A stretch of 64,000 bases of DNA, from assembly GCA_977020255.1 (NCBI GenBank), contig CDROCS010001660.1, positions 1 to 64,000 of the forward strand, given 5' to 3'. Shown here piece after piece: positions 10,560 to 19,946 of this stretch. Source of the stretch: Obrimoposthia wandeli. Taxonomy: Eukaryota. Under the pieces are notes generated by a model that was not told the origin of the DNA, made no database searches, and saw only the letters and a list, made by a program, of their open reading frames with translations. Position 1 is the first letter of the stretch. Each line of letters opens with the position of its first letter. The position numbers were made by a program, and so were the translations under genes.

Positions 10560-11059
10560 TTATAGAAAAGATAACAAGATGTAATAAGATATATTTTCTA
10601 AAATCAAATCAACAATGTCTGGATAATCAAAAATTTTCAATCCCAATATCATAACTTTACCACTAGAAAATATATTCACACATAGCGGTTTAAACTTCAA
10701 TTAACTGAGAGCAGGAAATATTTCTGGTTCAAACATGCATTCTTCTTTCATTTTCTCTGCAGTTTTAAAAAGATTTATCTGTTTCCCGAGATTAGCCGAA
10801 ATCGTGATTGATTGTATTGCAGTGATTTGAATTCCAAATGGTAAATTGAACCCAAGCATTGGTATTTTGCATCCCATAACACGACAATTTCCTAAAGAAT
10901 TCAATATGAAAATAAAATAACAAACTAACCTGTAGGAAAAATAACAACTGTGAAATTGTCAAACTTTTTTACATATTGTCTCGGCTTCCATTCATTGAAT
11001 GGTAAGTACGAATCATCATCTTCTGTTCTACCTTTATAATTTATATTTACGAGTTTCAT
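10560..11059 (-). pseudogene. TATA-binding-protein-like gene, two exons, one in-frame stop
   Basis: Exon 1 11059-10930, 38-nt GT-AG intron 10929-10892, exon 2 10891-10560. Translation has two TBP half-repeats: MKLVNINY...TVVIFPTGNCRVMGCK and IQSITISANLG...FEPEIFPAL*LKFKPLCVNIFSSGKVMILGLK. TAA at 10701-10703. Confidence 0.8.
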
Positions 11060-11272
11060 TAGACTGAAATTGTATTCTGTAAAATCTTCTTTATATATGT
11101 CTGAACCTGCTTTTTTATTGCACGTTTCTTGTAATTATCTTGCAAACCTATTATAATTGGATGATATATTTCTTCCAATCAATTTTGATTTTTAATATAG
11201 ATTTAGTCCAATCAAATTCAATGCTTTAGTTATATTAACCAATGAGATTCATTCGTCTTTGTTAGAAATTAG

Positions 11273-11280
11273 TATAAAAG
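11273..11280 (+). promoter_or_regulatory. TATA box (TATAAAAG) with upstream CCAAT motifs in the divergent promoter region
   Basis: TATAAAAG at 11273-11280, CCAAT at 11239-11243, ATG at 11311. The opposite strand has TATATAAA at 11097-11090 before the TBP-like ATG. Confidence 0.55.
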
Positions 11281-11310
11281 AATGCGCCATCGGAGGACAA
11301 ATCACAGTAA

Positions 11311-11787
11311 ATGCATTCATATCAAAGACAATTATCAACGATGGACGATAGCCAACGGGTATTAAGCGATGACGAAGAAATGTTTGAAGAATCGGATAAG
11401 GATATGTATGAAGAAGTGAAACAATATTTCAAATACAAAGTCAGATTCTTGAAGAAGGCTCAACTGATTGCTTTAGTAAATCCTGTGACAATTGAAAGAA
11501 GAAAGTTCAGCTACTATCTGTCAGGTATTCAAAAACCTGATTTTCAATATCTTAAACAGAAAGTTGAAAAGGCAGTTCCGAATTTTACTTTCAATAAGAA
11601 CGAATTTTATATACGAGGAGCCGATGAAGCATTTCTAGATGACTATGGAAGATATGTTGATATTGATGCGTTTCCGAAAAAGAAGCAATGGACTCTAACA
11701 ATTCGACTTTATGGTTACAAGAAAGATGAAATGGGAACAAAGTTGCCTATGTGGAAAATTGAACGTGCTCATATTTCTATGTTTTAA
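11311..11787 (+). CDS. Unknown Polinton protein, paralogue 1
   Basis: Intact 158-aa ORF with acidic N-terminus; shares NPV.I and W...IRL.GY...P.W....A motifs with 11931-12335. Confidence 0.65.
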   Translation: MHSYQRQLSTMDDSQRVLSDDEEMFEESDKDMYEEVKQYFKYKVRFLKKAQLIALVNPVTIERRKFSYYLSGIQKPDFQYLKQKVEKAVPNFTFNKNEFYIRGADEAFLDDYGRYVDIDAFPKKKQWTLTIRLYGYKKDEMGTKLPMWKIERAHISMF

Positions 11788-11930
11788 CTTTTTGCGTGTA
11801 ATAAATTGTAATCGGTTCACTGTGTTTCTTTCATTTGCCAATTAATAATCAGTTTTATTTGTATCTTATTTGTATCTTATATGTATTTTTTTTATAAACA
11901 TTGTTTTTTAATCAGTTTCCTTATTTTAGA

Positions 11931-12335
11931 ATGGATAATAGATGTGTAGCAAATTTTTATTATCCAGAAAGAATTTCAAAAGGAAAACTATGTAATATAT
12001 TAAAGAGGCATCAAATTATACGAGTTATGAATCCTGTGAAAATATCAAAAGTGCAGAATAAATATCTCATCGAAATTTTAACAACAACTGATATTGATCA
12101 ATTGAAAAATATTTTGGGATTTTACATTCCTGATTATGTATATGAAGGAAATTGTTTCCAGCTTGAAACTGATCCCGGTCTGGATTTTAAAGATGATCTA
12201 GGATATTTGATTGCTCCAATTCTAGATGAAGAACTATGGAATATCTCAATACGTCTCAATGGATATTTTGCTGATGACTGGAAAATGCAGCCTCTCTGGA
12301 CTTTGAGTGAAGCCAATATGTTGTTTTATGTTTAA
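11931..12335 (+). CDS. Unknown Polinton protein, paralogue 2
   Basis: ATG at 11931, TATAAA at 11893; motifs IIRVMNPVKISK and WNISIRLNGY...PLWTLSEA are shared with paralogue 1. Confidence 0.65.
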   Translation: MDNRCVANFYYPERISKGKLCNILKRHQIIRVMNPVKISKVQNKYLIEILTTTDIDQLKNILGFYIPDYVYEGNCFQLETDPGLDFKDDLGYLIAPILDEELWNISIRLNGYFADDWKMQPLWTLSEANMLFYV

Positions 12336-12642
12336 TAAATATTTTGAAATATAATTTTGTCTCGCATTTTGTTTTTTCTCCTCTAAATTATATAGATCTG
12401 ACCGATTTTTCTCCTCTAAATTCTAAAACTGACATAGATATTTAACATGTAGTAATTTATTAATCTAAAATCTTTCTTAAAAATAGTAGTAATATTTGAA
12501 ATCTCGTCTGCGAAAAGCCGCCGGGGTCAATATGGATTCTCGTGGTCTTCTCTAACCACTTTTGAGATTCGGGGTAAAATTTTTAAAAAATGTGGTGGGG
12601 GGGGGGTACCCCCCTTCCTTTCCCTATTGGGTGGAATGGAGA

Positions 12643-12746
12643 CACACATACACGAAATTTCACTCCACACACATGCTCGGTTTTAAAGGACAGTAGGGGG
12701 GTGGAGGGGGTGTGTGGATTAGACCGGACACATCCACCTACTATCT
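12643..12746 (+). repeat. Polinton TIR copy in an internal position
   Basis: CACGAAATTTCACTCCACACACATGC.CGGTTTTAAAGGACAG...GTGTGGATTAGACCGGACACATCCA..TACT is nearly identical to 25340-25422 and in the same orientation. Confidence 0.85.
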
Positions 12747-13037
12747 GGCTGGCTTAGAACATTAGGTAGATTTGCCTTTCCTCTTTTAAAGAGACTCGGA
12801 CGATTTATATCAAAATTAGGAAAGGATTACCTTTCATCTAAGGACAATAAACTAATACCAACTTTTAAGAAGCATGCGCTTGATGAACTTGATAATGTTT
12901 TACCTGAAGTTGCTAATTTGATTAGAAAACGTAAATCAAATTAAAGCCAAGGAGGTAGTGGATTTAAAAGTAAAAAGAAGCAAAAAATCAATATAAACAA
13001 ACGTAAGAAAGTTGAAGGAACAATATTTGCAAAATGA
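12747..13037 (+). pseudogene. 3' part of a Polinton core (pVII/pX-like) gene, 5'-truncated at the TIR junction
   Basis: GWLRTLGRFAFPLLKRLG...RKRKSN*SQGGSGFKSKKK...TIFAK; its TGA overlaps the MCP ATG. Confidence 0.7.
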
Positions 13038-14263
13038 GTTGCGCCAAAACTGAATTGTGTCTTTTTGATAAACCACTTCCACAAGTAGTTGTAGATAATG
13101 CTTCCTTTGAAGAAATATTTCTAGTTAACTCAGTTTCAGGAACCACTTTAACCGATTTAGAATTTAATATTAATGGTTCCAATAGCGAGTATTTAGATTT
13201 GAATTATACTTTGCTTTATGTTCAAATAAAAGTATTAAATCGGGATAGCACTAATTTAGATGAAAATGCTGATGTAACACCTATAAATTATCTCTTTAAT
13301 TCTTTATTTAGTGATGCCATTGTTACTCTTAATAATGTCAAAATTGAAGGTGGAAATTCTTCCTATGCTCATAAAGCTTTGATTGAAAGTCTTTTGAATT
13401 ATAGTACTAATACTCAAAATACCAATTTGGCAACCATTGGTTATGATAAAACGGTCGCAACTCGCAAAGAATAGATTGCGGGTTCTAAAGCTTACGAAAT
13501 GTGTGGGTCTTTGAGATTGAATTTCTTTGAACAACCGAAATATTTATTTTTCGGTGTTAATGTACATCTTCGTTTGAAACGTAATAAATGGAATTTTTCT
13601 TTGATAAGCTCAGACGTTCTAAAACCTAGACTTTATATTTTGGATGCAAAATTGTATGTCCGAAGAGTTAAAACCGAGCAATCAGTTTTAATGGCACATA
13701 ATATAGGAATTGAAATAAACAATGCTTGTTATCCTATAAGAGAAACTAAACTTATATCCTACTCTTTAGGTACGGGTACACAAGCTTTTAATAAGGATCA
13801 AATTTTTGGTGATGTAAGATTACCGAAATTCATTTTAATTTCTTTTCAAAAAACTGCAAAGTATCTAGGAAATTATACGACAGATGCAACTCAATTTGAC
13901 AATCTTAATGTAGGTTCAGTGACACTTTCAAGAAATACTGATTATCGCGAAACATATAAAACAGATTTCGAAGGTGACGCTTATGCTTTGGCTTATACGC
14001 AATCTATTATTCTGAATTTGGGCCAACTAGATAAAAATATAAACAATGGTATTTCTTTCACTGACTTTAAAAACAGCTGCCCGTTCTTCACATTTGTTTT
14101 GGCACCAGACTTTGATATAAACCAATGCCAACTACCAAAGGATGGAAATTTACGACTAGAAATTAAGTTCAATGCAGCTTTAACAAATCCTACTACGATG
14201 CTTATTTACGGAGTGTTTGATTCCGAAATACAAATCAATAAAAACAGAACTGTCATATTATAG
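13034..14263 (+). pseudogene. Major capsid protein (double jelly-roll, PY) with one in-frame TAG
   Basis: Starts MSCAKTELCLFDKP (C.KSEL.LF motif). The two ORF-track pieces are in the same frame, separated by TAG at 13472-13474. Ends GNLRLEIKFNAAL...MLIYGVFDSEIQI. Confidence 0.9.
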
Positions 14264-14264
14264 A

Positions 14265-14645
14265 ATGAAGTAAGACATTTTTTAAATTTATATTTATTAA
14301 TTTTTATTTAGTTCAGTACAAGTACAAGAATCACCAGAGAAGGTCCTTGGTGATAAATTCAATGGAGTTTATCCTATTGATATGATTCCATTTTTTCAAT
14401 CTGGAGGTTACATTATCAATACTCATACTTCGAATTTACCAGGAGAACATTGGATAGCTATTTATGTTAGAGAGTGGACAATACATGTATTTGATCCACT
14501 TGCAATGTATTATCCACACAAACTTGTTTCAACTATTCAAAAAGGACGAAGAAGAGTATTTTACAACAAGATACAATATCAGGATCCTGCGACGAGAAAC
14601 TGTGGACATTTATGTATTTTATGGTTATCGTTGCAAAACGATTAG
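14265..14645 (+). CDS. Adenain-like cysteine protease, two exons
   Basis: ATG AA, then 42-nt intron (14270-14311, GTAAG...TTTAG), giving MNSVQ...FNGVYPIDMIP. Catalytic motifs PGEHW, FDPL, YQD and NCGHLC are intact. Confidence 0.9.
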
Positions 14646-17600
14646 TGTGTTATAAAAATAAATATTTTTAATGTTTCATTTTGAATTATTTTTTTAAATC
14701 CATAAAAATATAAGGGTAAAATAATAAAAGACATAAGACGAAATTTTTGTTTAATACATTTATTAATCACAACATCACAATGAGATATGTCAAAGATAAG
14801 GTCCATCCTAAAAAAGTATTGAAATAACAAATAAGTTAGAGTCTAGGTGCCATAGGGATCTAAAATTTAAAAAAACTAAACTAAAAAAATCAAAAAATGA
14901 AAAACCGTTTAAATTCTGAAGTGTCCATAAGCCAGGCTAGCGTTCTTTTCTACCCAAAAGCGGTTGTCGTCATTACTACTCAAAGCGATTTTGGTTGATT
15001 TATGGGAATACAGTTGATGGGCTCTTGAAATAAATCTAGTTTGCTCAACGCTTTCAATACACCCAGTATCATAAACTTTCCGGTAGGCCTCATGTGTAAG
15101 ATTGTTTCTTCTCACACCCTTTGCTCTCATTGAACATGTATTATTAGATGCATGTAAACTGTAGCATTTAGGGCGTAGGAAAATACAATCATCATACGAA
15201 ACCTGTCCCTCGCTTTCATCCTTAAATTTCCCGATAATATCCTTTAAACTCATAGAATGTAGAGGATGGTTAGCGGGATATTTATGGGTATCTAATAAGT
15301 TGTCCCTAAACATTGCCGGTAATAATTGATTATTTAAACTAACATTTTTACATTCTAAAAAGAAAGAGTCAGTGTCCCCAGCTGCGATTTGGATCTCACA
15401 ATCGAATTCTCGTCGATATTTATCTAATTCTATGTATTGAAGCTCGTACATTCTGAGTTTAGAAATGATTAAAACCGTTTGACCTATATAACTCGGTCGA
15501 TCGAGACAAATACTCTGTTTTTCTAATAACACTGCTACCAAGTCATCTGCAATTGTAAAACTACGCTTGAAGTTGTACTTGCTAGTATATGTTATTAGTT
15601 TACGCTCATCATTGCAAAACCGTAGACAAATACGTTTCCGCAAGTCCTCTACAATTTTTCCAAAGAGATTATTACTTTTTAACTTGTAAAAATCCCGATC
15701 GAATTTGCTAGTGGCCAAATTACGTTTTCTAGAATTCTTCTCAATATAGTCTTTAAACACAAAGTTTTGACTGAAGCTTATAGCCCGATGAATTCGAGTA
15801 ACTTTCGCTCCCAACTTTAAGTAGAATTGAAGAAGCCGCTAATGCACAACATAATTCAACTTGTCTTCATGGGTTAACAATAATTTCTTAACCTTTGATT
15901 TAGGTGGACAGGTGCTACTGGAAGATCATCTAATTTATCATGCACATTGGAAGGGATTGTTAAGTCAACCTCAACCAAATAGCCGATGTCTGATGAAACT
16001 GTATCTACAGTAGCCAAATCTGTCATCAACTTATTCAACTCTTCCTCATCATAAACCCACTTAAAGTTGGCATGAGGTAGAGGTTGAGTAAGCGCCCACC
16101 CATACAAATTATTAATGTCGATGTACAGAATCTCCGTGGATTGATCTTTGACAACATGATGTTTGTTGACAAAAGTCATTCCACCGCGTATACCATAATC
16201 ATACATTTGATACATCGCGGGATCTTGCAGTAACTCGATATTAATTTTAAGAGTTTTTATTGCTGTTGCCCATGAAAAACCAGGTAAACTAAAGAAATGC
16301 ATAGGATCTAGCCCATCTTCTGCCAAAGACTTTACACGAAGGGACTCAAAAAAATCAGCTAAAAGATAAATGTCTAATTTCATATAATAAAGCATATATT
16401 CTAAAAGATTTCGACAATTATTCGCCCAAAATGTACGGGCCTCATTATAGTCTTGAAGACTTACACTTTCAAATTCAGTTATGGGTGGGATTTCAGTTGT
16501 ATTTTCTAAATCTGCAAAGGTTTTCGCAAATTTATACGGAAAAATCCCTTATCATTAACCGAAGCTTGGAACACTGACTGTGTGATTGGCCATGCATTTA
16601 AAGATGCCGTTAAATATTTTAAAGACCCGCTCAAAAACTGCAGAGAATCTATGAATCTTAAACTGCACAATTCAGTATATGCAGTTAAAGATAAATATTT
16701 CTCTGAAGTTTGAGGTATACATGAAATTTCCCAAGAGCTTAATGTACCCAACGTATATTTAAGTATATGATGCAAATCATATCCTTTGAGGTTATGAAAC
16801 ACGATGGGAATTCGTGGTTTTTTAGGGAGACGACGGCCAAGGTTACAGAGGTTGCACGCCGCTCCCAAGTATCGCCCCGTAACATGATCGTGATCTCTGA
16901 CTAACTTAGACTGGGTTCCACACAAATAACATAATCTACAAGAATTAAAATTAACCCAGTCTATGCCTGTCATGATCATTGCTTGATGAGCATTAAGATC
17001 ATACCACGGTTTGACAATTGTTGTTCCTAATTCTTCTAATTTTAACATAAAATCTAAAATACAATTTGGACCGGAAAATTTATGATACTGTGTAATATTG
17101 GGGCCTAAGAATAGTAGTCCTGCCGAAGCCAGTAGGTGAATACTCTCATACTGGTCGTGCAATGCTAAAATTGACTCAAAATCTGCATACACCCTGAATT
17201 CCACGGGTATGCATTTTGCTTAATCCCTGAATTTTAAATCCTTGTCCTTAGGCATGCTGTATAGCATATTGTCATCAGGATTTAGTGAACATAATGTCAG
17301 ATGTTTGCTGTAAGAGAGCTCGGATCGGAATCCATGCAAACATCTATGACATCACTTACACCTTATCCTAACCGGTAAGGCTCCATTATTTAAATTTAGA
17401 AGACGATCTAAATTGGGAATTGCAGCATAATGGAATTTTTTATTTTGTTCGAGCAAAATTAAGTTGACCTGAGTACCCTCATTTTTGCTCCTATAAATTA
17501 CATCTACAAAAGGATTTTTAAAAATTTCTTCATCTGTTACATTAACTCGGATATCAGTATTATATTTGTTATTTATTTATTTATTTATTTATCAAACATT

Positions 17601-17673
17601 TATTAATGTGAACGCGCAATCAATTTCTCAAAGGCCCCATATGGGCCTCTTCTACTTTACGTAGGTCCGGGTC

Positions 17674-18192
17674 TCAATCCCAGTACAGTTGCTGCTGGTC
17701 CTCAGTAGCAGTAACAGTAGCTGCTTGGGGTCTCGGTTTCGTCATTGGAACTTTGAGTAGGTCTGCGTAATTTTTCAGTACTCTTACGTCATCGCCGGGT
17801 ACAGTTTTGGGCCCCTCGGCAGTCTCGATTGTAGCGGGGCGACCTTTTCGGCCATTACCCGTAACCGACCGGAGGTCGGTTTTCGTGTACGATTTCTCCT
17901 CCTGTCCATGTCGACGTTTCGAACTCTGACCACCACTATTCAAATCTCCCAACAAATCTGTTCGATTGTTGATAAAAGGTCTCTTTTCGGCATACGAATC
18001 CGCTGCTTTCTCTAGACTAGTGTTGTTCTTTGCCATTACAAATTTGTCGATAATACCAGACAGTATCTTTGCACACTCCTCGTTGACATCGTAGTTTCGC
18101 AGTAACCCAAAAATATCGTCTTGGGCCCCCTGCAGGAAGTTATAATTACTCCCGTTGTTTACCTGCGCTTCATTATTTCTTTTCCTGACCAT
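17674..18192 (-). CDS. 172-aa ORF inside the retrotransposon insertion, downstream of the RLE ORF; function unknown (ORF1/gag-like N-terminus?)
   Basis: Intact ATG-initiated, GC-richer ORF; hydrophilic, with SYA / NYADLLK patches. Confidence 0.5.
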   Translation of the reverse strand: MVRKRNNEAQVNNGSNYNFLQGAQDDIFGLLRNYDVNEECAKILSGIIDKFVMAKNNTSLEKAADSYAEKRPFINNRTDLLGDLNSGGQSSKRRHGQEEKSYTKTDLRSVTGNGRKGRPATIETAEGPKTVPGDDVRVLKNYADLLKVPMTKPRPQAATVTATEDQQQLYWD

Positions 18193-18317
18193 GTCGAAGT
18201 TTTCAGATCTTATTATTTTTATTCAGATATTATTAAACAATTTTTTTTTGTTTGTTTGTTTTATGGATCATTGACAAAAGGCTTATTTTCGGCACACGAA
18301 TCTGCTGTTGTTTGTTG

Positions 18318-18688
18318 TTGTTGGTTGTTGGTTGTTGGTTGTTGGTTGTTGGTTGGTGGTTGGTGGTTGGTGGTTGGTGGTTGTTGGTTGTTGGTTGTTG
18401 GTTGTTGGTTGTTGGTTGTTGGTTGTTGGTTGTTGGTTGTTGGTTGTTGGTTGTTGGTTGTTGGTTGTTGGTTGTTGGTTGTTGGTTGTTGGTTGTTGTT
18501 TGTTGGTTGTTGGTTGTTGGTTGTTGGTTGTTGGTTGTTGGTTGTTGGTTGTTGGTTGTTGGTTGTTGGTTGTTGGTTGTTGGTTGTTGGTTGTTGGTTG
18601 TTGGTAGTTGGTTGTTGGTTGTTGGTTGTTGGTTGTTGGTTGTTGGTTGTTGGTTGTTGGTTGTTGATTGTTGGTTGTTGGTTGTTGT
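18318..18688. repeat. (GGTTGTT)n heptamer tract, about 50 units
   Basis: Directly visible; a few variant units (GGTGGTT, GGTAGTT, GATTGTT). Confidence 0.98.
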
Positions 18689-18734
18689 TATAGTTTGTTT
18701 TTTTTTTTTGTTTTTTTTGAAGGGTCTTTTTTTA

Positions 18735-19946
18735 TTTTACGTAGGTCCAGGTCTCAATCTTCTCCAATTCCTCGGCTGACAACTTATCCAGGATCATAGT
18801 TGTATGACTCGAGAATTTAGCCCACGAGGCCGCCGTATGTTCGATGGTTTTCAGAGTTAGTCGGATCTTGATATCTTTGATCTACTTTGCTTTAAAACCA
18901 GCATTTGCAAAGATCCGGTTATTGATTTCAGGCCAGTAGCCGAGGGTCCCGATCCTTAGCGCGTAGAAATGCACGAGTTTTTCTGGGTGGCGGGTCTTTA
19001 GCATTTCAACGAGCTCCGCGTATTTGGACACAGTTTCGGCGAGCCTCAGATCAAATGACATGTCAGAGTCAAACGGGATCTTGATCTCTATCAGCATCAC
19101 CTTATAGTCAGTCTCGATCGTTATGTCTGGTCGTGGTCTGCGGCTGTTTCCGTTATCGTCTACACATAAGTGGGTCAGCTCTTGAGTTACCTGTCCTGGA
19201 TATTTTAGTTCCATTACCCTTGCAGTTTCCCGGCAGATCATGTCGTGTCTTTGAATTCATAGTTTTGCTATGAGCTTACAACCAACGATTGCATGGCTCA
19301 TCGACTCTCGCTCCTGGCATCCCTTCCTGCATGGGGCGATCATATCAGTCCTGGGGCCTCGTACCTTCATGCGCCCGCACCTTGCGCGGTGGATGAAGAA
19401 CCACCCTCGGTACATCAGACGGCCCTTCATGATGGCCCGGTTAATGTCTGTGTCTGATGTGGCGTTCTTATATATTGGACTCGCTAGCTTGTCTTCGAGA
19501 ACCTTGTGACTCTGGCTGAGTTGCACAATGTTATGCATCGCCTTACTTATGGCCTTGTAGGTCTTGAACTGCATGAGAAAACTGCCTCCATGGGCGCTGG
19601 TTATGAAAAGATTGAGTGCTTGGTCCTTCTCAATCAGTTTTAGTTTGATATTTAGCTCATTCTGGAATTTCTTGGCCGCGTGGAACAGCCGCGTCCAAAG
19701 TCCCGTATCTTTCATGTTAGTGGCTAGGGTCCCTTCATTAAACCCCTGAACTGCTTCGGAGAAGGTCATTGGCGGATTAGGAAACTTCAATTGTTCGGTG
19801 AGCTCACGCCTGCATAGGTTCTTCAGGTCCCTGTCGCGTACATTTGCCATCTTTATCGTCTGGATGATGGACTGGATGTTATATTCGTCCTCAATCCTTG
19901 TCAGCCCAAGACCTCCACGGTCCTTGTGCCCATAGAGAACTCCGAT
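18735..19946 (-). pseudogene. RT C-terminus + CCHC-type knuckle + RLE endonuclease remnant
   Basis: ORF-track pieces 19257-20024 (after the PolB junction) and 18882-19241; read-through ends ...EKIETWTYVK*. Confidence 0.85.

Larger units (their letters stand above)
17571..19946 (-). mobile_element. 5'-truncated non-LTR retrotransposon of the restriction-like-endonuclease type (NeSL/R2/R4-like) inserted in PolB
   Basis: LYGHKDRGGLGL (RT C-terminus), C..GC...ESMSHAIVGC knuckle, RPDITI...IEIKIPFD and GTLGYW (RLE). 3' AATAAA and (TAAA)n tail at 17571-17591. Removal restores PolB NNLSI|NKYNT. Confidence 0.88.

Noticed and set aside
14642-14830. 62-aa ORF between protease and PolB ends
   Set aside because: Non-ATG start in AT-rich convergent terminator region; no motif.
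18318-18688. (GGTTGTT)n as a telomeric repeat or chromosome-healing scar
   Set aside because: It is embedded within a retrotransposon insertion with coherent flanks, and I cannot match it to a known telomere motif for this unknown host.
18121-18779. Three long Leu/Val/Gly/Cys/Trp-repeat ORFs on the + strand
   Set aside because: Artefacts of the stop-free (GGTTGTT)n tract.
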